This document shows positions 1 to 12,873 of a DNA stretch of 64,000 bases, one piece after another. The position numbers were made by a program, and so were the translations under genes. Numbering within the stretch: position 1 is the first letter of the stretch; each line of letters begins with the position of its first letter. Source of the DNA: Azolla caroliniana (Eukaryota; Plantae; Polypodiophyta); assembly GCA_043228905.1 (NCBI GenBank), contig JBHGNT010000004.1:19840001-19904000 (forward strand), read 5' to 3'. Under the pieces are notes generated by a model that saw only the letters and a program-made list of their open reading frames with translations, was not told where the DNA came from and made no database searches.

Positions 1-3000
1 TGACATCATTAACCTTACCCGTAATACGGAAAGGACCGAGTCGTCGATAATCCAACTTGTCGCATAGTCGAGTAGTCTTGATGTGACGACGTAAGAGCCA
101 TACTCGATCTCCGATGGCAAAAGAGGAGGGAAGCCGATGACGATCTGCGTAAGTCTTCTGTGTCTGTTGAGCATGACGAAGATGAGTCGAGAGATCTGTC
201 TGGATCTTGCGTAGTCTCTCCAAATGATCCCCAGCACGAGGATTGGTAGGTAGATCCGAGGTGTCGATCGCCGACCAACGAGGATGAGAACTGGTATAAG
301 CGTAGAATGGGGAGACTCGAGTCGAGGAGTAAACAACATTATTATACGCAAACTCCGCAAAGTGGAGAATCTCGCCCCAATCGTCCTGTTGATAACTCAG
401 GAAACACCGGAGATATTGCTCCAGCGTTTGGTTTGTTCGTTCCGCCTGCCCATTGGTTTGAGGATGGTAGCCGGAGGAGAGGTTGCAAGAGAGCTTGAGC
501 ATCTTGAAGAGATGCTGTCAAAATTTGGAGACAAATTGCGGTCCTCGGTCACTGATGATACTGTCTAGGAGGCCATGATGCCGAAATACCTCACGCATGA
601 CTAGGGCGGCGGTTTCCTCGCTAGTGATGGCCTTAGTACACGGAACAAAATGTGCCATCTTCGTATATCGATCAACGACGGTTAAGATAGCATCGAACCC
701 CTGCGAGAACGGCAGATCTGTGATAAAATCAAGACAAATAGACTGCCACGGCTTACTTGGAATCGGTAAGGGTTCCAACAAGCCATATGGATGGTGTCGT
801 GGCATCTTTGCTCGACAGCAAGCATCACAGGTCTGAACGTAGTCGTTGACAAAACGGCGCATGTGGGGCCATCAAAAAGATCGCTACACTAGCTCCAACG
901 TCTTAGTACTATCGAAATGTCCCGCCGTATGGGTGTCGTGACAATGCTGGACGATTTGAAGGCGACAGGAGCAATCGGGGACATATACGCGCTTTTTAAA
1001 GAATAACAAACCATCATGATATTCGAATTGTCGGTAGTCAATACCTGGTTGTTGAGACTGAGAACAAGATGCCCGAGAAGTATCAATGTGCGCCAGGAGG
1101 TCTTGTGCAAAACTATCTGTCTTCAAGTTTGCACGTATGTCATCGGTAATCCGTGAATCCCTCGGGGTGTGAAAAATCCGCGTCGTGTGCAATCGTGTTG
1201 GTCCCAAGATTACTTGCTTTTGATTATCAAATGTTGGATCACCAGGACGAGGTGCAAGATATGAACGTCGTGATAGTGCATCTGCTTTTCCTTGCTGATT
1301 CCCCAGTCGATATGTGATTTTGAAGTCGAAATGCGTGAGGAATTGCGCCCATCGAGCTTGCCATCGATTTAATATGCGAGCGTTCTGGAAATAAGCAAGA
1401 TTTTTATGATCACTAAAGACAATGACCTGATGTGGAGAGCCCTCTAAGAAATGCCGCCATTGCACAAATGAATCCACGATGGCTAATAACTCCTTGTCAT
1501 GTATTTCGTAGTTGATTTCCGCGACATCGAATTTGCGCGAATGGAAAGCCACCGGATGCAACTCTTCTTTATCTCCTTGTTGAGAAAGGATGCTACCGAG
1601 GGCGAAATCAGAAGCATCGGCCTCCATGATGGATGGTTTGTTGGTATCCACATGAGCTAGAATCGGTGCTGATGTAAAGGCTTTCTTAAGATGCCAAAAA
1701 GCCATATCTGCTTCAATGGACCAAAGAAATGCTTGGCCCTTCTTCATAAGTTGTGTGAGGGGTAAAATAATCTTCGAGTAATCCTGTATAAACTTACGGT
1801 AGAAATTAGCAAAACCTAGAAAACATTGTACATCTCATACCGACCGTGGAATTTGCCACTCTAGTACAGTTTGGACTTTAGCTGGATCCATGGCGATGCC
1901 CTTTGAGGAGATGACGTAGCCTAGAAATTCCACTTGCTTGCAGTCAAAGCTACATTTTTCTAGCTTGGCATAAAGACCATTCTCGCGGAGTCGCTTTAGT
2001 ACTAATAGTACATGAGAATCATGCTCTTGCTGGGTCTTCGAATAAATCAATAGATCATCCAGATAGATGATCAAACAGATATCCAAGAGGTCTCTGAATA
2101 TATCATTTGCCATGCGTAGGAAGACTGTGGGTGCACTGGTTAAGCCGAACGGCATAACAATATACTGAAATGCCCATATCGCGTGCAAAAGGCGGTCTTC
2201 CATTCATCTCCCGGTCGGATTCGCACGAGGTTATACGCTCCTCATAGATCGATTTTGGTAAAAAACTTGGCACCATTAACTCGCTCCAAAAGATTTGATA
2301 TAAGAGGAAGTGCATACCTATTCCGGATGGTGACCTTATTCAATCCGCGGTAATCAACGACGAGACGAAGTGAGCCATCTTTCTTCTTGACAAAGAAGAT
2401 GGGTGCATCGGCCGGAGATTTCGAATGACGGATGAACCCACTTGCCAAGTTCTCCTCTATGTAGGCTCAAAGGACTTCTAACTCGGTGGGTGACAAGTTG
2501 TAAATTGGTCCCCATGGTGGCTCGGTTCCTAGTTGTAAATCGATGGGACAGTCATAGGGACGGTGATGAGGAAGGGTACCGGCTTTTACCTTGTCAAATA
2601 CATCAGCATAAGGATGATATTTTGCCGGAAGTTGTACTAAGGAGTCCTTAATAGTGCTGGAAGGATGTACTGATATTGCAAATAGGAACGTTGCCTCCTT
2701 GTGGCCTTCTTCGCGTAATTGATGGAGTGAAATGGTCGAAACTCGGTGAGTAGATTCTTGGGGTGGTCGATATCGGACTTCTCTTGTTCTCCAATCTATG
2801 GTTGGATTATGTAATTCAAACCAAGGTAATCCTAGGACAATGGGATGCTCTGGACTACTAATTATATTAAATGATATTACACACACAAAACAACCTAGGA
2901 CAACTGGAATGGGTTCTGATTCTTCTACAATATTCCCGAAAGCAATGGGACGACCATCAATGACTATTACAAATGCGGGACAAGGAAGTTTTCTTAGGGA

Positions 3001-4855
3001 TATCTGAGAAGCTTGGGCAAAATTTCGATCCATGAAACAGGAATTAGCTCCGGAATCTAAGAGTGCTAGGACGGGTACTGGGGGAGTACTTTTAGTACTA
3101 ACAATGACTTGGGCTAGGAACACATTGCTAACTTGCTTGGAAGGAATGGAACCACTAATGGGCTGTACAAATCTAGGGCTGTTGTCCAACCAAACGGCTC
3201 CTATTTTGGCTGGACTCAATCGTTTAACTCTTCATCTAATTGATTAAGGATTTCAAATTTGTTTGAGATACTTGGGCTATTAGTACTATGAATACTATCT
3301 GACACTCTATTAGTACTATTAATACTATAAGACACTCCGAAGGGAAGAATTGACTCGGGTTTAGTACAGGCGACGATTTGATTTACCTATCTTCTTGGCC
3401 TATGGGGACAATTGATGGCGATATGCCCTAGTCCACCGCAATAAAGACATAATCGATTGGCACATCGTCGTTGCTTTTCCTCTTCCGATAACGGGCCGCG
3501 TCGACTCATGGTGTCGATCTCCATCGGTGTCGGAATATTGGCTTGAGGTACATCGCGTGCAAACGGTTTAGCCGTGAATGAGGCGTATGTGGGTTCCGGG
3601 CGAGAACGTGGTATTTGTAACTGAAATTCCGAACGTCGTTCGAAAAGGCGGTTGTCGCATCGGACTGCTCGACTGATTGCCTCTGTAAGAGACTTTGGTT
3701 CTTCGGGGAAGGTTAAAAGCAAATCTTTGACATCATTGCGCAAGCCGTAGCGAAACTGCTCCATGAGGGCCTGGTCATCCCAGGGGATATCTGAGGTGAG
3801 TAAACGAAAATCCGCCGCGTAGGCAAAGGCTGGACGATCGCCTTGACGCAATCTTCGGATCTTGTTGATCATCGTCCTGATGCTGTCGGTATCTCCAAAG
3901 CAGGCTTTAAACTCACCAATAAAACCTTCAAAGTTATTAAGCAAGGGCGATTGTTTTTCTAGAAGCGGAGCGAACCATGCCAAGGCTGAGCCGCTAAGTA
4001 ACGTGCCTATTAGGCCGACTCAAGATGCATCAGTGGGATATCGGGAAGGATGCATCTGGATGACTAAGCGTACCTGATTAAGGAATCCCCGGAATTGCGA
4101 TCGCATTCCATCAAATTTCACAGGAAGTCCAATCTTGGGCTGTTTATAAAATCCTTGGGGACTTGATCCTTGTTGTTGCAACGCTGCTTCGAGTTGTTGT
4201 ACCCGTAACGCTAACTCCCCATGTTGTTGTTGCGTTTGTTGTTTTTCGAGAGACATTTGTTGCAGATCCCCTATCAACCGTTGGTTTTCTTGTTCCAGGG
4301 CAACAAACTTTTCTTTTAGGCACTGTAACTCAGAGAAAACGAATTGATATTCTTGGGCGCTAACAGTAGCCATAGTATAGGGAAAGAGGATGAGGGAGAA
4401 CGACAAGTAGGCTGGAGGAAAGGAAATTGGTTCAAACTATCAGGAATAGTACTAAAGCAAAGATGGAATTAGTACTAAGAAGAGCAGTACTATTTGTACT
4501 AAGAGGACGGGACTGTGTAAGATTCCCGAGAGAGGAAGTGAGAAGAGGAGAGAGATAGCGAGGATGAGAGAGAGAGAAAGATGATGACAGCAGCTAATAT
4601 ATTATGTGAAAAGATAAGTACAAAGTGGCTAAGAGGCTTAAGACTGGCGTTGAACCAATTTGGTTCAACATAATGCCTAGTGCCTTCTTTTATAGTGTTG
4701 TCAGGAGTAATCCTGAAACTTCTAGAATGTTCCAGAGAAATCTGGAATATACATTACTTTCTTATAATAAAACATAAATGAAAATAATATCCTATGAATT
4801 ACAATAGATGGTGTAATGGTTAAGAGCTCGACCCATATACCATAAGGTCATGACA
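1..4855 (-). mobile_element. Decayed Ty3/gypsy LTR retrotransposon, chromovirus/Tf2-Tcn1-like; 3' part runs off the window
   Basis: Minus-strand order: gag (4020-4406, 3387-3983 with CLYCGGLGHIAINC knuckle), protease (LLDSGA, 2467-3219), RT ([28 protein letters not shown]), RNase H (EADASDFALG, DKELLAIV), integrase (HHCH..GH, CDAC, SDRGPQF). Broken by stops and frameshifts. Confidence 0.93.
4516..4855 (-). repeat. Probable 5' LTR of the gypsy element
   Basis: Reads TGTCATGA...TCTTACA on the minus strand just upstream of gag. The partner LTR is outside the window, so the inner boundary is approximate. Confidence 0.55.
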
Positions 4856-4968
4856 ATAACAACCAGAATTCAATAAGCATGGTGCAAAGATGTATGTGAG
4901 CATTATTATATATTTGCAATGGTTACTATCTATCTCTACAAAATAGACCTTTTGACCATTGTTACAAC

Positions 4969-5600
4969 CATAGATTGACACATGCGTGATATTCGTGATA
5001 TTCTCCATGCGCAATATTCTCAATATTCGAGAATACAAAATGACCCCAAGATATTAAAAAACCATTCGTTTTGCAAAATAAATATAAAAAATTTATTTAT
5101 TTATTTAAATAAATATATTTCACCAAAAAAAGAACAATTATTCATTAATAGATTATAGTGTCAAGAGAGTTTATGAAACTTATTTTAATTAATCAATTAC
5201 TTAATTAATTTTTAAAAAACGAATATTTTTATATTTATTATACAAATATGATTAGTTTGAACTTTGAAGTACTATTTTTAATGTGAAGATAAAAATATCC
5301 ATAAATTTTGAGGGAATAAAAAGTGAGAAATTAATGAGCCTTTATTTTATTTTATTTATTTATTAAAAATAAACAAACACTTATAAGTTATACATTTATT
5401 ATAAAAATTTAGAAGTGTAAAGTCCCCAAGTCCGTCTTTTATTATCCCAATTTATTGTCAAGTTCCTTTTTTTTTATCCTAGGAAATTAAAAAAGAGAAA
5501 GGTTTTTTTTTTGTTAAACCAATACTTGACCACCCATTCGTATTCGTATTTGTTTGCATTCGAATGGGAAACCCGACGAATGCGAATATGTCAATCTATG
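4969..5600. mobile_element. Non-autonomous hAT-type DNA transposon (MITE), copy 1
   Basis: TIRs CATAGATTGACA...TGTCAATCTATG; perfect 8-bp TSD GTTACAAC (4961-4968 and 5601-5608); AT-rich non-coding interior. Confidence 0.9.
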
Positions 5601-6344
5601 GTTACAACTATATTGTTAATTGTTTGCACTCAAAAAAATCTCATAACATCACTCTAATTGTCTCTAGGTGAAACATGTTTTCAAATCCTAGAAGTATGTT
5701 CATTGTACTAGTCAAATGTATGAAGACTTATTTTTTACACATTAATAATTATATATATCTTTGATTCAAAAGTGTAAAAGAGTGTGTTTTGTTTGTGATG
5801 AATTTTCCAATAGGAGGATTTTTAATAGAACATGAATATCAAAGGTTTGAATAATGACTCCATTATTTAGAGAAGTGAGGAAAGAGATCCCGTGTGTGTA
5901 AAAGGTAAAGAGAGACCACCATAAAGAGAACGAAACCTACTATAATGTTTTCTAAGAGACCAAAATGTCCAATGAGAACAAACGAGGGGTGACATATTAG
6001 CCACAAGCTAGACAATTGCTATTCGCGTGCATTATAACAAGATCTTTTTAAAATCTAGTCGCATTGTCCTTTCATTCATCCATCATTCATCCCCCAACCT
6101 CTCTTAGTTTTGGTGAACACACACAAAGATATTAATATAAATGGTGTGAAAAACACAATAATGCTAGTGGGGGATATCTTGGTCACAAGTGCCAAACACT
6201 TTAAAAGGATCTCTTCTTCTTTTTTCTTTTGACTAAAATGATAACCTTATGTAGATCCCTCTTCCTAGCCGTCATTTCCATCAATTCCCACAGCATTCCC
6301 AACCATATCTAATTGTTGGAGATGATCCTAGATGTGTAAACTCC

Positions 6345-8221
6345 ATGGCTGATGTGAAGGAAGAGGTTAGGGACCATAGTGAGGCGATGGTGGCGCATGT
6401 CGTGGTTATTTCACTCCCGACACGTGGACATGTGAATCCGATGCTGCACCTAGCCACCCGATTGGCCGCGGAGGAAGGTTTGGCCGTCACCTTTGTTACC
6501 TCGGAAGCCAACGGGCGAATCATGAATAAGATCGGGGCCAGTGGTGGTTCAATCCGGTTTCTCGAGATTCCAGACGGTCTTCCTACCGATGTGGACCGCT
6601 CAGCTCAAGTGATCGACTTGTGCAAGTCCGTGATGACCGACATGGCCGGCCATTTCCACCGTTTGATCGGGAGGCTGATGGAAGAAAGTGACACCGAGGC
6701 GGCGCCACGCCCCACGTGTATATTGGCGGACACGTGGCTAGCGCCATTCTCTATCGAGACTGCCGCCAAATTTGGTTTATCTCACATAATCTTCTGGACG
6801 CAATCGGCGGCAAGCTTCGCTTCATTGCACGCAATCACTGCAAATGGCTACCGTCCACTCCCCGAAGGTGAGTGAGTGAGCCTGCTGCTACATGGCCAAT
6901 TCTCTCATGAATGTGTTTTACTAGGAAGGGACATATAAATGACCACTTTCCATGGGGTACATAAGATTGTCTACCCAACACTAGAAGCATTAAGACACTG
7001 AGTCCGATTCCTAGATTTCACGCCTTCCCTGGTGCAATTTACTAGTGTGTTAGTGAGATTTGGGTCCAAGAGTGTAAGGTTATTAAAAATCACAACTTTT
7101 GAAAGCATGATATCCATTTTAGCATTCTTAAGGTGTGATTTTGTAGAAGAACTAATAATATAAAATATCTAGTAGAAGAACTACTATTTCGATTGGAGAT
7201 TTGTTCACCATTCAGTGTTTGTGAATTCTTTGGGTATCTTCAGTTTTCTCGTTTCTTATTCTTCTTCGATTTTATTGATACAGATTTTAGTGTTCCGGGT
7301 GCTACATTTCTGAAGCCAACAGATTTCAACACTTTTATACAGTGTTACGACCCCTCAGATTTTATGTTCCGTTTTGTAACAGGTGGATTTGATACATTAG
7401 ACCGATCGTGTAGGATAATACTCAACACATTCCAAAAGCTAGAGCATGAGACCATTGATTACCTTGTAAACCAGAAAAAATTGAAGACAATATTGCCAAT
7501 GGGTCCTATTTTGCCTCTCCCATTCATACATCAAATTAAAAGAAACAAGGATAAAGATAGTACACATGATGATGATGCCATCATTCTTTGGAACGAAAAC
7601 AAAGATTGCCTCACATGGTTGAACCAATTCAAACCTCAGTCGGTATTATATGTTTCTTTCGGGAGCTTGGCATTACTTTCTCATCATCAAATTGAGGAAA
7701 TTGCACTTGGCCTAGAAGCTACAAGATATCCTTTCTTGTGGGTTACTAGACCAAACTTGATTCATGGTCAATCACCCAACTTCAATGTTGATTTCTTAGA
7801 AAGAGTGAAAGATCGTGCATACTTTGTCGATTGGGCACCCCAACTAGACATTCTTTCCCACACTTCTGTGGGTGGGTTCTTCACACATGGTGGTTGGAAC
7901 TCTACGTTAGAGGCAATCACAATTGGGGTGCCAATGCTTGGATGGCCATATTTCTCTGACCAACCCATGGATTGTAAGTGCATTGAACAAGGCTGGCAAG
8001 TGGGATTAAGGTTGCAAGATGATGATAATGCTACTATGGAAACGTTGGTGTCAAGGAATGTTATCAAGGCTAAGGTGGAACAATTAATGACTAACAAAAC
8101 ATTTCAAGATAAGGCTAACGAATGGAGCCTCCTCGCCAAAGAGGCATCAATAGAGGATGGGTCGTCATCAAATAATTTCCTTTCATTTGTGGAGACCTTG
8201 AAATCACATATCTTCATGTAA
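6345..8221 (+). CDS. Family-1 UDP-glycosyltransferase (UGT-1); exons 6345-6867 and 7284-8221, about 486 aa
   Basis: Catalytic His motif RGHVNPML, CILADTW Asp, and PSPG box WAPQLDILSHTSVGGFFTHGGWNSTLEAITIGVPMLGWPYFSDQ. A GT-AG phase-1 intron joins the two ORFs in frame. Confidence 0.95.
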
Positions 8222-10136
8222 GAGATATATTTTCTCAATGTCCATGTTTCTAAATTATTATGCTTATCTTTCTTCATAACTTTAAAATGAATGTTAAAGT
8301 TAAGGTATATGTTAAAAGAACATAATAGAAACAATTTACATCTATTTGATAGATGGATGCAACATTATTTTCATAGAACGTAATATTTCGCTTCTTTTGC
8401 CTAAACATTCGTTTTCATACGATTGAAAATGAATGCGTATATTAAAACATAGTTATGTTTTTTGTTGACATTTTAAAATTTTCCCCTCGCTTCTTTTACC
8501 ATAAATTGTTTTCTTATAGTAAATTATGAATACAAAAGTATAGTATTTACTATTTGCCATACTCGAATGATCGAAACATAGTCAAATGTGAATGGACACA
8601 TGGTACGTATGGTTCATAATATGGTTAATTTCATTGTTAAACTCTTTCTCATGCGAAATTCCCATCACCTACAAAGCAATGCATACAATGCATTCCTGCT
8701 CTCATGGTTGTGGATCCTAGCTGATTATATACACATCTATGGCATCAACAACAGTACTAAGACTCCCCTTCTCAATATGTGATGAACATTGGAATCTTTG
8801 TTTTGATATCATAATATGATCATTGTATTAAAGGGAACTCACAGATGTGACTTCATGAAATGTTCACTTGTGCTCATTTAGAAGTGCATTCTTTTGGTCT
8901 TTTGCTAGTTGTCAAGAACAATGATTCTATATTTTTTGAAAGGAGTTTTAATAATGGACGTCCATCTCTCCCCATTTGCTCATAGTTTTTTTTCTTGGGT
9001 ACAACTAGCTAAGTCACCCACATATAAACACCCTTCTCTTTATATTTCATTTTGTTTTTCTATTATGTTTTCTCTTCCTTTGTAGTGGGTGCTCGCTCTC
9101 CCCTTATCAACTAGTGTTGTGGGGGTTTTGTGTCTTCTCATTAATGTCACCAACTCATTTTTCAACTTGTGCCTTTCTGCAACAAAAATGTGAGGGGGTT
9201 GGCTTTAGGAACATGGAAGTGTTGTGGAACTGCCCATTTTTTCAACTTTTGAACTTCCTCACTAAAAGGTTCGATATCAAATCTTTGCTTGGATAACCCC
9301 AACACTTCAAACCCAAAAACAGTTTGCAGAGCATTTATCTCTCTGATGTGTATCCTTGCAAAAGCAAACTGGTAGTAATTTGTTTGGGGCCGAGTGTCTA
9401 TCCTCATCCTCATTTTGGTAGCTTTGATGATCTAGCCTCATATCATTACAATTTTTTATCTACTTGACCATTATCTATTAATTTCTTTAGACAAAACGAT
9501 TCAAGATAATATGGTCGCTATCCTATTTATTTACATTATTTCATAGGGACAAGGTTGAATTGATCTTAAATTTTTATTATTATATACATTTATTTGAATC
9601 TGGAACCTATCTTTGGTTTGAGGTGGTTTCACACCATGTGCCAAGGCCAACACAATACCACATTTTCAATTTGATTGCCATCTACATTGACCATGTACCC
9701 TTGCACCTTTCCATTGGTGGTTGACTAGTGTTGTACAACAAAAAGCAATAGGGCATGTCCTCTAAAGGTACCAGAAGCAAACACAATTCAAGAGGAAAAT
9801 ATTGTAGCTATTGGATAATTATTACCAATTAGACCATGCTCAACTTGAGTTGATCTTAAACACAGTGAAATGGAAAAAGGGGTTGGTAAGTTGGTAACCC
9901 GATATTAAAGTTACCTTCCTTGTTTTAATGGGTCTCATTAATCAATTGTTCAAAGTGTGTGAGAGGTAGTGGTTGGCCAATCAAAAGGACATCGTGTTAT
10001 TAAATGGGTTCTTTGTACTTGAGTAGCATAGTTCCAAACAAGTAGAAGAGTAGATAAATAAGTTTTGCACAATGGACACCAAGAAATCAAGTACAATCAC
10101 ATATACAAAGGTAACTACCCTCATATGCATTATGAT

Positions 10137-10791
10137 CATAGATTGACATATTCGCATTCGTCGGGTTTCCCATTCGAATGCAAACGAATACGAATACGAA
10201 GTCAAGTATTCGTTTAACCCCCCCACCCCCCCAAAAAAAAAATTAAAAAATTAAAAAATTCCTAGGATAAAAAGAAATTAACTTAACAATAAATAGGGAT
10301 AATAAAAGAGGTACTTTGGGGACTTGACAATACTAAATTTTTATAATAAATGTATAACTTATAAGTATTCGTTTTATTTTTAATAAATAAATAAAATAAA
10401 ATAAAGGCTCATTAATTTCTCACTTTTTATTTCCTCAAAATTTATGGATTTTTTTATCTTAAAATTAAAAATAGTACTTCAAACTAATCATATCTTCAAA
10501 GTTTATATTAATTAGTAATCATATTTGTATAACAAATTTAAAAATATTTGTTTTTAAACAATTAATTAATTAATTAAAATAAGTTTCATAAACTCTCTTG
10601 ACACTATAATCTATTAATGAATAATTATTTTTTTGGTGAAATACATTTATTTAAATAAATATATAATTTTTTTATATTTATTTTACAAAACGAATAGTTT
10701 TTTAATATTCTTGGGGCCATTTTGTATTCTTGAATATGGAGAATATTGCGCATGAAAAATATCACGAATATCACTCATGTGTCAATCTATG
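10137..10791. mobile_element. Non-autonomous hAT-type MITE, copy 2 (inverted relative to copy 1)
   Basis: Same TIRs; interior matches the reverse complement of 4969-5600; 8-bp TSD ATTATGAT/ATTACGAT differs from that of copy 1. Confidence 0.9.
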
Positions 10792-10829
10792 ATTACGATA
10801 AATAGCCTAAAAAGGCTAAAACTTTGTAA

Positions 10830-11520
10830 AATGTTTGTGCAAAAGGCTAGAATAGACACTACTCCTTAGGGCTTTTAGACCATCTCCGTTCAAACATCTA
10901 CTACATATTTGTACATGTGCTAGCACAAGATTATTGATTGTTTGCCCTCGAATAAATCACATAACGTCACTCCAACTAGTGTCCAACTGGAAGATGTTCT
11001 CAAATCCTCTTAAGTGTGTTCATTGTGGACTTCGAAGATCACGTTTTTTCACACATTGATAATTGCATGTATCTATCACCTAAAAAAAGGTTTATATGAG
11101 AAGAGTGTGGTTCACTGACGATGAATCTTCAAATCAGAGGATTTCAAATAGTACTCGAACATTGAAGGTTTGAACATGGTGACGACATTGTTTTACATCA
11201 TTGGAGGGGAAAGCTAGTGTTTTAGTTTGTCAAATGACATAGAAAAGTGAGAATAAAGGTAAAGAAACACGACAAAACCAAAATCTCCAATGAATTATTA
11301 AAGAAGCACGACAAAACTAAAATATTTCCAATGATTTATGAGACCAAAAAATTAGGGATAACATGTTAGCCACAAGTTAATCAACGGTGAAATATCACAT
11401 ATGTGCATATATGTGATAATATATTATTTCATAACTACCTTCGGGGGTCTCTAAAATCTAATCCCTATCATGTACTCCAACCATATCAAAGGGATGAGGT
11501 GATCTTATTAGGTGTGAAAC
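10830..11520 (+). promoter_or_regulatory. Orphan duplicate of the UGT upstream region
   Basis: Collinear with about 12216-12870 (UGT-2 upstream) and partly with 5610-6040. Ends GGGATGAGGTGATCTTATTAGGTGTGAAAC, the sequence found a few nt before the UGT-2 ATG. Confidence 0.8.
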
Positions 11521-12215
11521 TGATAGATTTTACACTCAGACGTAAACCACAAATATACTGAGATACAAACAAAATGAAAACAAGGAGCACACGATTTACG
11601 TGGAAAACTCTGATTTCAGGGAAAAACCACGGAGAACAGAAATTTTCACTATGAGACAAGAAGAAATACAAGCATAGAATGATAGAACCTGATTTGGTAT
11701 GGATGTACTCTTAGTTTTTGTTATCTGAAACCACAGTTTCAGCCGAGTGCACCAAACCCTAACTCGTAGGTATTTATCTCCTTCGAAGTTTTCAAAGCTT
11801 CTCTATTTTGTTTCTCTTTCTTCTCTGTTACACCCTTCTTTCTTTGCTTCGTCTGACACTCAGTTGCAGAGCTATGTCACTCACTCTCTCATAGCCACCA
11901 ATGTGTTCGCTCACTGTCGCTTTTCCCTTGCAACGCGTTCCCCTTGCAACGCGTTCTCACTCTCGCGCGCTCACACTCTCTAGTTGACTTTCACCCTTTT
12001 CCCACACTATTATACTCTTAGTGATTTATCCCACATGCAGCTAATACCGTTATCCTATATATACTAACCTAACTTTTATACATACATATATATTCGTCCA
12101 AACTTCCATTCGGCTCTTCGGCATGTTTTGGCCTTTTCGGCCGATCTCGGCCAGCCGTGTCTCGTTTCGGCTTTTCGGCCGACTTCCACGTAAGGAGGGA
12201 CAATCTTACATAACA
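11521..12215 (-). mobile_element. Solo LTR, copia-like
   Basis: TG...CA ends. Shares GATTTACGTGGAAA/GAAAACCACGG and terminal GAGGGACA motifs with the copia LTR at 30449-30969. No matching TSD; right end is either 12210 or 12215. Confidence 0.65.
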
Positions 12216-12873
12216 AATGTTTGTTCAAAAGGCCAAACCATCTCTGCTCCAAGATCTCGATATCTTACTACATTTTGTGCACATCCTAACACAAGATTAT
12301 CGATTGTTTGCCCTCCAATAAATCGCATTAGCACAAGATTATTGATTATTTGCCCTCCAATAAATCGTATAAACATCACTGTAACTATTGTCCAAGTGGA
12401 AGATGCTCTCAAATCCTAGAAAGTGTGTTCATTGTGGACTTCAACCATCACATTTTTTCACACATTGATAATGGCAAGCATGAATCTATAAATAACCTAA
12501 AAAAATGTTTATAGGAGAAGAGTGTGGTTCATTGACGATGGATCTTCAAAGAAGAGGATTTCAAATAGTACTGGAAAATTGAAGGTTTGAATATGGCCAC
12601 ATCATTGTTTTTTAGTTTGTCAAATTACATAGAAAAGTGTGAAAAGAAAGAATTGGTGTGTAAAGGTAAAGAAACACGAAAAATATCATATCGCCAATGA
12701 ATTAAGAGACCAAAAAATTAAGGATTTCATCTTAGCCACAAGTTAACCAATGTGGGAAATATCACATATGTGCATAGAAATAGCTACCTCCGGGTCTCTG
12801 GAAGCTAATCCTTTTCATGCACTCCTACCATATATGTAAGGGATGAGGTGCTCTTATTAGGAGTGAAACTCCA

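Noticed and set aside
3270-3340. Short AGTACT-rich tandem duplication at the gag-pol junction as a recoding signal
   Set aside because: The element is too decayed to distinguish a programmed frameshift signal from mutation.
7193-7283. N-terminal extensions of the called ORFs 7193-8221, 13995-15056 and 39942-40919 as separate genes
   Set aside because: They are intron sequence upstream of AG acceptors; the ORFs are UGT second exons.
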